Positions 54,089 through 63,954 of a DNA stretch of 64,000 bases are shown here, in pieces (the stretch's first letter is position 1; every line of letters begins with the position of its first letter). The DNA comes from a virus. The position numbers were made by a program, and so were the translations under genes. Below the pieces are notes generated by a model. That model ran no database searches, was not told where the DNA came from, and worked only from the letters and a program-made list of their open reading frames with translations. The stretch is taken from the IMG/VR virus record IMGVR_UViG_3300045988_097776. One strand, 5' to 3'.

Positions 54089-55999
54089 ATGGAAAGTTTC
54101 TATGGAGGACCTAAAGGTAGAGATTTTGATATTAAGGAAATCTTTACTAGCAAATATTAGATGGATAGAGATTTATCAAAGGGTTGGACATCTTCTATCT
54201 TCCCAGGTGATCTCGTTGTTGTATCATATGGTTTGCCAAGCGATACAAACTATGATATTTATAAGAATGAAGATTTATAGAATTATGGGAAAAGCTATAA
54301 CTCTACTCTTTGGCAAAAATGTTATAATGATAAAGATGGAAGCGGATCTGCGGGCGGCCTATACTATAAGATGATAGCTTCCATGACTGGTAATACACCA
54401 AGAATTAGCTTAAATGACACAGAAGTCTTGGATGCAGATGAAGATCCAAACGTGGTTTGGGATAATACCGATCTAGATAGACTTTGGCTTACTTTTCAGT
54501 TACCATAGAGTTAGAATATCTAGTTAGGAGAGACTACTATTCTGGATTGTAATGAACTTCCAGAAGCGTCTTTAGACACGACCGATATAAATAATCCTAG
54601 CTTAAAGTTGTCCTTACCGCAATCTTAGGTAATTAATACTGCATTAGTAGAATTATTAGATGTAGGTGAAAATCCAAGAGTATCTTTAGAAGTTTCAGGA
54701 GATTATTCTATCAACAAACCGGCAATTAAGTTTTATCTACCTGTATCTTAGTCATTATAGGAAGGTATTACTACAACTTTAGATGCTAATGAAAAACCTA
54801 GATTTGAAATAAATTTTGATGATATAAACAATCCAATTATTAATTTCTTCTTGCCTCAAAGTTAGGTGATGGGAGATCCAGAAACTACGGTAGTGGGACC
54901 CGAGGAGAATCCATCTGTAGTAATGGATGATTCGAATATTAATGCGCCAGTATTGAAATTTAGTTTACCAGAAGCGGTTAAATTTTACTATGGCGAGTTA
55001 CTAGGCGAGAGAACAGAAGGAACTTACGAAGAAACTAATGATTCTTTTGTGGATTATAATGTTGGTGATTATTACATTAATGCACCAACCGGTTTTATTT
55101 ATAAAGTAATCAATAAAACTGGAACCACTTGTACTTTTTAGTATATAGCTTGTATTTAGTCTCCTCTTCCTACTATAGAAGTTACAGAATTAAAGCCATA
55201 TACAGATAAAGGTTCTGAGTTTGAGCCGACAATTCCTACGGTTACAAGGGAGTTTACTAACGAAGAACAAACTGCCTGGAAGCTAGTTTTTGGGCTGCCA
55301 TCCGCGGTTAAATACACTACTTCATTTGCTTTTGTTGGAATTGACGAAACTGGCTCTGTATCCAATGAAATTACAGCAGATGACACTATAAATATTGATT
55401 TTAAGATTCCTAGAGGATCAAAATTATACTCTGGAACTTAGATTTCTGATTCAACAACATCTACTGTTATTGAGGGTGCGAAAGCTGGAGATTTATATTT
55501 AAATACAGAAACCGGAGATATATATGAATTAAATTCTTCTGGTATATGGGAGAAAAATTCCGGCAATTTAAAAGGCCCTGTTGGCGAGGCTCTTAATATC
55601 GTTAAGAGCTACACAATAAATGAGACAGACACGCTAAAAGATTCTTTATAGAATGGTGTAGATTATATTGAAGAAAACTATGATGGAGAAATTAGCGCGT
55701 AGGATATTTTCTCTATTACGTGGGTAGAATATGAAACTAACCAAGAAACTTCTTACTGGTATTATAAAGCCGCAGATGGAGTGTGGGGAAGAGTCTAGCT
55801 AACCGGAGGTATTGCTAACCTTATTGATAATGATTATAATAATGAAGATGGTGGAGAGGTAACAAATAAAACTTATAGCGTTCATTATATCAACACTTTA
55901 ATCGGTGGAGCTATTACAAATAAAGATAGATAGACATATTCTGCCGAATAGATAGAAGAGTTGTTATCTTGGGGAAGTTTTAGTGATTTAATACCTTAA
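54089..55999 (+). CDS. tail fiber / receptor-binding protein with tandem repeats of about 40 aa, about 636 aa
   Basis: Repeated units …NNPSLKLSLP[Q]S[Q]…, …NKPAIKFYLPVS[Q]…, …NNPIINFFLP[Q]S[Q]…, …NAPVLKFSLPEA… AAGGAGG RBS. Confidence 0.4.
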
Positions 56000-56032
56000 T
56001 TTATATTTAGAGAGTATAAAGGAGGGCCTAAA

Positions 56033-56815
56033 ATGGCTTTATTTAAGATTTTTCGAGGACCAGAAGATAATTTGAATAGTGTACCTCTTCATGAAGGATA
56101 CGCTTATTTCACAGAAGATAAAGGAAATCTCTTTATTGATATTAGTAATGAAGAAGGTGGGCGTTTGCAGGTAAATGCCTATGCTGCTCAAGTTCTAAAG
56201 AATGATATTACTGAGATTGATATTGATGATATTTTTCTTAAAAATATGACTGCCACTGTAGCTCAGGGCGGAACTGGACATAATAGTCTAACTGTAAATG
56301 CTTTATTAATTGGTAATGGAACTAATGCGGTAAAGATGGTTGAAATTGAGGCTGGTTAGGTTGTTATCGGAAATAGCGAGAATGGTGTAACAGGATTGCA
56401 AGGAACTGGCGCTTTATTTGCCGCTACAGCTGGCGCTCCGCAATTTGGAACGCTTCCAATTTCAGTTGGTGGAACTGGGGCAATTAATGCAGCAGGGGCG
56501 AGAACTAATTTAGATGTGTATAGCAAATTGGAAACAGATAACTAGATTAGTGGAAGTACTACGGCAGCTTATCCAGCAACTCTTTCTGCATCAGGTTGGG
56601 TATTAAATGAAGATATGTATACATATACTTATTCCAATACTTCTTTAACTTGCGGAAAAGCAGGTAATGTGCCACCTATTATTAGTTATACTTCTAATCT
56701 TGAAGAGTATAGTAAAATTGATCACGCTGATGCATCAGTTGGGGTTGGAATTACCTTTTATACAAAAGAAAAACCAACAAATGATATTGCTATTATTATC
56801 ATTGATGTAAAATAA
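56033..56815 (+). CDS. tail fiber protein, about 260 aa
   Basis: …TVAQGGTGHNSLTVNALLIGNG… and …LPISVGGTGAINAAGARTNLDVY… match the widespread phage tail-fiber GGTGA…AAGAR…NLG motif. Last gene of the plus-strand late operon. Confidence 0.6.
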
Positions 56816-56862
56816 AAAAAATGGGGAGAACCTTGAAATTAAGGTTCTCCCCATTTTTTTTT
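56811..56862. terminator. bidirectional rho-independent terminator separating convergent transcription units
   Basis: A9-GGGGAGAACCTT-GAAATT-AAGGTTCTCCCC-T9. Confidence 0.75.
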
Positions 56863-57319
56863 ATTTCTCGCAAGGAGGTTTACTATATAAATGATAATGC
56901 GGTTTTTCTTCTCCAAACCATTTCCATCTTAGGTAGTCGTCTAATACTATTGCCAAAAGGCTTAAAAAGAACCAGGCGATAGAGAATGGTAAACAAATCT
57001 ACCCCATAAAATTCAATGGAACGTGAGAATAATCCCAAATACCTAAGCCTAGTTTTACATTTAATACTAGACCAAAGATTAATTCTAAAGCAGTTATGAT
57101 TAAAGAGCCTTTTACTCCTTGAGTAAGAATAGATTCTTCCCAAAGAACGTTCTCATTCATTAGTCCTATTAATAAAAAGCATAAGCCGCCCAATAAGAAC
57201 ATAGACCAATGACAAGTTCCAAAGCTGATAAAAGTTTTATAGAGGAACTCTATACCGTAATATAGAGTTCCTCCAACTGCAAATAGAATTATATTTTTAC
57301 TCACTGTCGGTATCTTCAT
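56861..57319 (-). CDS. integral membrane protein (about 4 TM), 152 aa, 1 in-frame TAG
   Basis: Listed ORF 56999-57319 continues through a TAG to TAA 56861. Hydrophobic segments FAVGGTLYYGIEFLY, MFLLGGLCFLLIGLM, IITALELIFGLVLNV and FSIAWFFLSLLAIVL. Confidence 0.5.
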
Positions 57320-57959
57320 AGTTTAATTCAATAGCTTTTAATTTATCTATTGAATCAGCTTCGAATATCTAAGTTTTATATTCTTGCATTAAATGATATT
57401 TGGGATATACCACATTTGAAATAGCTAAACTTAGAGCGGATAATTGCTCTAAACTCCATGGCACACATTCTTCGTGTCGAGCGTGCCACTCAAGCGTAGG
57501 ATTTTCTACTTCAGCCGCGAGAGCGACTTGATATTGATTGAGATTTAAGCTAATCTCAGACTGGTCCTCCTACGTAATTCCATATTCTTTTCCATCAACC
57601 CAAGTTAGTGGGTGGGTAGCAAGATACTCTGCGAATAGTTTCTTGTTTTCCTCTTGTTTGTCATACTTTGCCTAATCTAAATCAGAAGTGAATGTTCCAT
57701 CTTCTTGATTATATATTGAATAATTAGGAGTAACATCTGATGGAATTGTTTCTATCTCTAATACTTTTACAGCATTAGATTGATTTAATACATCGGCTTT
57801 AATTAGAGTATAATGTGTATCTCCATTTGAGCCGATAACCCCAGTTCCCTCTTCTTCCTCGCAGGCAACGACAATACCATTTGAGGATTGCAGTTTAATG
57901 TAACGTGCTTCTGAAAGAATATCAACTACTACATTCTCTCTATTTAATAGAATATACAT
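57297..57959 (-). CDS. DUF4376-like protein (tail-fiber assembly/chaperone-like), about 220 aa, 4 in-frame TAG
   Basis: The listed 95-aa ORF continues through TAGs (…ATHPLTWVDGKEYGIT[Q]ED[Q]SEISLNLN[Q]Y…). Family assignment is from memory and tentative. Confidence 0.3.
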
Positions 57960-58135
57960 TACTTTATTTCAACTCCTTTAAATAATGAACGAAAATAATT
58001 GTCCATATCTTGAATTATATAAAAACAAGTTCCTTTAGAAATATGTGCCCTCCAACCTTGATAGGATTTCTAAATTTCATCTGTTGAAATTTTACCCTCT
58101 AACCATAGCGCTTGCATTTTCTTTAACTTTCTGCG

Positions 58136-59176
58136 CTAATGAGCCACTTTCTTTTTAAAAGGAATTTGTATTATATGATTAGTGTCTGTGAGATAAAAGT
58201 TCCACTTTAAGTATTTTAATGGAGCGTGACGTTTGCCGTCCGCATGAATAGGAGAGATTCTAGTAATAGTAGTCTTTTTCTTATTCATCTTTAATCCTTG
58301 CTTATTTAAGCGAACTTCTATTCTCTTTTCACATTCGGCTAAGTATTGACTGTCATTGTGGAATAAATATAAATCATCCATATAACGACCATAATACTTA
58401 ATATGTAACTCTTCTTTGATGAAGTGGTCAATTTCGTTCAATGCTAGCAATGCGAATAATTGTGATGTTTGACTTCCTAATCCAAGACTTTTATTATCAT
58501 ATTCATAGTATTTGCGGCCAGGCTTAAAATTAGTGGTACTAATTCTCGTGTATTTGTGCCGTTTACTAATATAATAATCTTTTCCTGGTATGGGAGAGGA
58601 ATCTTTTGTTAGCTTAAAAGAAAATGTATCTATTAAATAACAGCATAGTTGATAAATTCTTTTATCTTTTATCAAACGTTTAGCCGCTTTCTTTAAAGAT
58701 TTATGGTCAATAGAATCAAAATATTTTTGAATATCAATTCTTAACCCATAAAAATCTTTTCCTAATCCATATTCTCTATGAGCTTGTTGAAGATGTTTCT
58801 TTACTCTTTTTAAAGCAAAGTCTATTCCTTTTCCTCTTAAAGTAGCACAATTATCGTAGATAAATCTAGGAGTTAATTCTGGTAATAAAACTTGTTCACA
58901 TAACGCATTTTGTACCAGTCTGTCGTTGATATGACACGCTCTTATATCTCTTGGTTTGCCTCGTTCGATTATCGAAAAACAACTAAACACAAGCTATTCG
59001 TATTCACACGCTCGCAGATCAGCTTCTGTTTTTAAAATTGTTTCTATCCTATTCTCTTCAAAATTAATTGTACTATCTTTCCATCGAACGTTTCGGCATA
59101 CCTTATAAGACGCATCATACATAGTGTCAAAACTACAAAAACGCTCGAAAGTAGTATCTTGATTTATTTCAGACAT
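58136..59176 (-). CDS. diversity-generating retroelement (DGR) reverse transcriptase, 346 aa, 1 in-frame TAG
   Basis: The two listed ORFs (59176-58994 and 58990-58136) are one frame joined by TAG 58994-58996. RT motifs FDSIDH and YMDD (GRYMDDLYLF). The DGR-specific motif LGLGSQTSQ (I/LGxxxSQ) replaces the group-II-intron QGxxxSP. AAGGAG RBS 6 nt before the ATG. Confidence 0.85.
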
Positions 59177-59485
59177 ACTTTCTCCTTATCATGTAGCTAT
59201 AGTAGTAGCTACTCGAGCTCCACGTCTACAGTCTTACTTTATCCACTTTTTCAGTGAAATGGTTAAGTTCTCCTTAGATGAAAAGGCAGATCTACCTATA
59301 GTATATTATTCGATAGTTGTAGAGCAAAGCTCTTTAATGGTCTCTCAATCTCTTCCCCACATAGTGAGTGCAATCCAGAGTAAACCTTAATTAGATGGAT
59401 AATAATATACTCCGGGGTACTATTTAGGCGTTGCTCGTTTGCGCTGCTCCGCAGCTTAACTCGCAACATGATAGCTCCATCTAAT
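59177..59485 (-). ncRNA. DGR spacer region between TR and the RT (expected to be transcribed with TR as the TR-Sp template/primer RNA)
   Basis: About 310-nt non-coding interval between TR and the RT start. Its role is inferred from DGR architecture, not from the sequence. Confidence 0.4.
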
Positions 59486-59585
59486 CCGGCGCGAGCCCGT
59501 TGCTGTTGTTGTAGTTGTTGTTGTTCGCAGATCCATCGTTGTTGACATTGCAAACGTTGTTCGAGTTGTTGTAGTTACGGGACCG
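59486..59585 (-). repeat. DGR template repeat (TR), 100 bp
   Basis: Identical to 60209-60308 except at 17 positions, all of which are adenines on the minus (coding) strand of this copy. Reads as AAC-rich codons (RSRNYNNSNNVCNVNNDGSANNNNYNNSNGLAP). Confidence 0.9.
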
Positions 59586-59615
59586 AAAGATACAGAACTT
59601 AACCGCAGAAAAATA

Positions 59616-60110
59616 TTATCGACCTCTCCTATGGGTTTTAGGAGCCGAATATCTATGCTCGACTATAAGTTTATCTCTATTTTTTCTATCTTGGATTGAT
59701 TCTTTTACTTTCTTAGTCAATCTAGCTAGATGTTCAAAAGATCTTCTTTTCTTTTTGCTGTTCTGAGCATACTAATAAATACATAGGTCGATTTGTCGAA
59801 ATATACTATCACAATATTCAATCGCTCTATTGTGATATTCATTTCTTTTTGTAAGGGTTTCTTTATCTTTTAAGTTTATCCTACACGCCTCATAACAGCA
59901 AGCGTGTATACCCTTTCCGCATTTAATTATATCGTACCCGAACGCTTGAAGAGGTTGACCCTCTCCAAGCAGTCCAGGTTTGCAGATTTGTTTTCCATCC
60001 TTATCAAATTCTCTAGGACGAGTTAAGACTAAAATGTAGCCAACCAATTCACGGGCTTTATAAAGACAGTCTTGTTTTGATAGGTGTCTATCCTTTACTT
60101 TTACAGACAT
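59616..60110 (-). CDS. avd: accessory variability determinant (Avd)-like protein, about 164 aa, 1 in-frame TAG
   Basis: Small basic protein in the canonical Avd position between VR and TR. GAGGGA RBS. The sequence does not look obviously like the classic four-helix-bundle family, so the call is positional. Confidence 0.45.
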
Positions 60111-60191
60111 TTAAAATTTCCCTCACTTGAATATATAATTTTTTTATTGGACAATTTAACCTTAACTGTCCCGAATTGTTATTTTGCTGTA

Positions 60192-61949
60192 TTATCCAAT
60201 GACGAAAGCCGGCGCGAGCCCGTAGCTGGTGCCGTAGGGGTTGGAGTTCGCAGATCCACCGGTGTCGACAAAGCAAACGTGGTTCGAGTGGCTGTAGTAA
60301 CGGGACCGTTCCCAATACCACATCGTTGAATTCGTCAACGAACCATTGGCGTTCATCTGGTATTTAACTCTAGTAGAGTTGCTTGTATAGTAACTATAGG
60401 CCGTCTAACTTCCTCCAACAGTCCACTCCTAATAAGAACTAGCATAGCCGCTAGAGCTAGTAAATCCCATCTCACATTCAGAAGGTAGCCAACATTTTGC
60501 AGTTGTTTGAACATCCGCAGTATTATTCTAATTACCATTACTAGCAGAACTTGTCTTCTTAGTAACAGATTTAATAGAAGCGGTTGCGCTACATCTATTA
60601 CCAAAATCATTGCACAAGGATTGAGCGGTTGAACCATTCCATAACGCGTTACTACCAAATGATGTACTGTTAGGTAAAGTTCCCGCAGTCTGGAAAGTTA
60701 ATGTTCCAGTTCCATCCTAATCAGCACCAATACAAATCATTGTAGCAGCATTTCCCCCGAGGACCGCAGAAGAAAGACTTACGAGTTTCTTCTTGCCTAC
60801 ACAATTTTTTCGCTCTCCAGATGACGCTTTAGCAGCCCATGTTTTTAATCCAGCCCACCATTTAGCATCACCAACAGTAGTTTCAGAACCCCACTCCCAA
60901 TAGCTAGCTGTTACAGTAACAGTCTTATTTCCTGGGGCTATATAGTTGGTTCCCTCTGCGACTTTAATAGTAATAGTAGTAGAAGAAATAGCCGTACTGC
61001 CATCACCTTTAATTGTAAGAACATTTCCACTTAAAGACAAAGTTAAACCAGAAACGCTAGTTGGACTATAACTAATAGCTCCATCTCCAGAACGAGTAAT
61101 GGTAACCTTTACACCGGCACTATAGTTATCTCCATCAAGAGCTACAGAAGTCGGATTTACTGTTAAACTTCCAGCAGCTTTATTAATAGTCCAATTTACA
61201 TCAAGATTTGATGTAGTTCCATCGGCCCATCTATAATTACTATTTAGTGTGAAAGTAGCAGTATAGGTTCCAGCGTTAGTCGCGGAAGTTGTCCCGCCAA
61301 TCGTCATATAAGTGGTATTAAAGTTATTCCAATAGGAAGCACCACTTACTGATTGGCTACTACCAGTATAGGTAAGATTATTCTTCCATGTTGGTTTCGG
61401 CACCGATTTTCTTTCAACAGTAACATTGAAAGAAGCAGACTGAGTTACTCCATTTTCTGTGTAAGAAACAGTAATTTTCTAGGTGCCAACCGCAGTTAAT
61501 GACGTTGGAGAGCAACTATACCCGGTAACCGCGGATGATGTACTATCAGAATAACTTGCTGTAACTACCATTCCTGTTGTTTGGAGAGTGTCTCCATATT
61601 CATAAGTTGTCTTAGTTGGGTTAGTAGTAACCTAAATACTAAGAAGTTTATGAATAACAGTAATGTCTTGAGTGGTCTAACAAGTTTCTCCTAATTCAGA
61701 GTAAGTAATTGTTACTTTAGTAACCCCATCAGTTAAAGGGTTTGGAGTAACTTGATACCCAGTTACTTCTGCTGTTGTTACAATAACGCCGTCCATGCCG
61801 TAAGATGCGGTGACTACCATTCCCGCGGGATTAAAAGTATCACCAGCAAGATAGCTCGTTTTAGTAGGGGGAGTGGTTACTTCAATTTTTACAAGAGAAA
61901 GAGAACCTCCACCTTTTCCACCCTATTCAGCTAAAATACATTTAGGCAA
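60192..61949 (-). CDS. DGR target protein: N-terminal tandem bacterial Ig-like domains plus C-terminal C-type-lectin/FGE-fold variable domain, about 585 aa, about 8 in-frame TAG
   Basis: TTG start with AGGAGGT RBS at 61949. Listed ORF 60717-61403 is in frame and joins through TAGs to …AKCWLPSECEMGFTSSSGYASSY[Q]EWTVGGS[Q]TAYSYYTSNSTRVKY[Q]MNANGSLTNSTMWYWERSRYYSHSNHVCFVDTGGSANSNPYGTSYGLAPAFVIG, then TAA 60192. VR covers the last 35 codons. Confidence 0.8.
60209..60308 (-). repeat. DGR variable repeat (VR), 100 bp, at the 3-prime end of the target gene
   Basis: 17 of 35 TR adenine positions are substituted (to C, G or T) and there are 0 of 65 differences at non-adenine positions. GC-rich IMH-like 3-prime end GGGCTCGCGCCGG. 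Confidence 0.9.
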
Positions 61950-62274
61950 ATTATTTACCTCCTTCTATCTAGCTATTGTTTCAAACAAATCTAAACTACT
62001 AGATAGAAGGTCGAGGATGGAAGCGATCTTCGCTCCAGTCTTTTAGAAAGCCATAAACAATTTCCGAGAAAAAGTACACTTTTTAACAGGAAAAATACTT
62101 TTTCTTCCTAGATAACAAAAAATTGGGAAAAGGGTAAGAAACCCTTTTCCCAAAAGTGAGTATCTTACTCTTTTCAAATATACTTGAAAAAGAGTATAGA
62201 TTGATTATATATGTTTGACCAAGTTCAGTAAAGTGTACTTTTTCAAAAGTTTTAGATGAAAGGAGAATTATGCT

Positions 62275-63264
62275 ATGAATTGTATTTTATAGGGTTAGAT
62301 TAAAGGAGCAAATAAGGAGTTATCTAACCTAAGCAACTACCAAAAAACTCTCCGCAACATCGGTGGGCGACCGAACCGGAACCTTCTGGACAACTGGTAC
62401 TTCGTGGGCGGCGGCTCCCAGCAGGTCGGTGGCCAGTTCCCCATTAACCAGAGGGGGGAGACGAGCCATGCCGGTTCAGGGGGATTCATAGACAGATGGA
62501 AGCTGAGTGGGGAAGGCACTGCAATCCTGGGCAGCGATGGAATCACTTTAACTGCTACAACAGGGAATCTGGAATTTATTCAATTTTTGGGCATTCCAAA
62601 TGACCGTCTATTGGGAGAAACAGTTTGCCTCTCTGGACTGGTTGATGGAGACCTGCTATCGATGTCCACGTCTGCCCCGGAAGAAAAACCGAGTGCGTGG
62701 ACAAATATCATAAACATTATCAAACCGTTTGGATTTGTCCAGTTTAATTATGACAATACGGCGGACAGGTTTTTTTGTAGCGCTATCGTCTCGGCAGGCA
62801 ACAGCGTACTCCTGCAAGCATCTAAGCTGGAGCTTGGCTCCACCCAAACCCTCGCTTACCAGGACGAGGAGAGTAATTGGAAGCTCTTTGAGACGCCGGA
62901 TTATGCCGGGGAGCTGGCTCGGTGCCAGAGGTATCTACTGGTTTTGCCTGGATTCAACACATTGTTTTCAAATATTGGGGTTGGTTCGTTCTTTTCGGAA
63001 ACAGAGGCGGAAATCACAATACCAACACCTACTACGATGCGGATTATGCCGACATGCGCATCCACAGGGAATTGGCTTCTGAGAGGCGGTGGGCAACTTA
63101 TAAATGTAGAAGCGAGTGCATCAAATTTCTTCGTCCAGCAGATGTCCTCAAACGCAGTGAGCATGATAATCAACGGATTGTCTGGGTGCCCAGCAAATCA
63201 AGCTACCCAGCTCTTACGAAGTAATAACAGCACGGCCAAGATTACACTTTCCGCCGAACTATAA
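62275..63264 (+). CDS. tail fiber / receptor-binding-like protein, about 329 aa; GC-rich compared with the rest of the window
   Basis: AGGAG RBS plus ATG at 62275. N-terminus MNCIL[Q]G[Q]IKGANKELSNLSNYQKTLRNIGGRPNRNLLDNWYFVGGGSQQ resembles fiber-tip and receptor-binding domains. GC content rises sharply from about 62330 to about 63470. Confidence 0.4.
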
Positions 63265-63276
63265 GAGGTGACCACC

Positions 63277-63954
63277 ATGGACTACACACTCGAACCATAC
63301 ATCGTCTATGTTCAGACAGACGAGCAAGGCCGCATTACCGCCGTCAATAGCTCCGCCTTTGTCTCCACCGACTGGGGCACGGAGATTGACAGCGGATTTG
63401 GCGATAAATATTACCATGCTTAGGGTAACTATTTTCCAGAGTCTATCTATATCAACGATGGAATTCCCCGATACAAGCTAGTGGACGGCTAGGCGATGGA
63501 ACGCACGGAGGAAGAAATAGAGCAAGATAGACTCCCAAATATAAAACTATTAAAAGAAAAGCAAATCTCTAGTTATTGTAATAAAGCTATAATAGAAGGA
63601 ATGGATATTACCACTTCAAAGGGAATAGAACATTTCTCTTTACAAGAAACAGACTAGATTAACTTAACAACAGCATTGGCAGCTGTTTAGTAGGGAGCTT
63701 CTGTTTATCCTTATCATGCGGATAAAAGCCTTTGTCGTATGTTTACAGCAGAGGAAATTAAGAATATTTCTCAATCTGTCATATAGCATAAACTCTATCA
63801 TACAACTTTATGTAATCATTTATTAACTTGGATTAGACGCTCTACATCAAGAGAAGAGATAGAAAATATCTCTTATTCAGCGGAAAACTTACCAGACGAT
63901 CTGGCTCAAAATATGCTATCTATATTATCCCAAGAACAATCTTATTCTTTATAA
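63277..63954 (+). CDS. DUF4376-like tail-fiber chaperone candidate, about 225 aa
   Basis: Follows the receptor-binding-like gene by 12 bp. Reads through about 8 TAG to TAA 63952. The first 190 nt are GC-rich and the rest is AT-rich. Confidence 0.3.

Noticed and set aside
17000-57000. The very fragmented ORF track in the late region could be read as a decayed prophage full of pseudogenes.
   Set aside because: Every break is a TAG. Fragments share a frame and join into full-length, family-typical proteins that end at TAA or TGA next to terminators. This is recoding, not decay.
59296-60658. Listed minus-strand ORFs 59296-59553, 60088-60321 and 60353-60658, and the plus-strand ORF 60084-60329.
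   Set aside because: They overlap TR, VR or the target gene in the wrong frame. The Gln-rich product is simply TR's AAC and CAA codons read out of frame. The real target frame is the one containing the listed ORF 60717-61403.
56033-63954. Convergent fiber and chaperone-like genes around the DGR suggested a Mu G-segment-like invertible host-range shufflon.
   Set aside because: There is no invertase or recombinase gene, no flanking inverted repeats, and no alternative fiber C-terminus in inverse orientation. The minus-strand block is a DGR plus a membrane protein instead.
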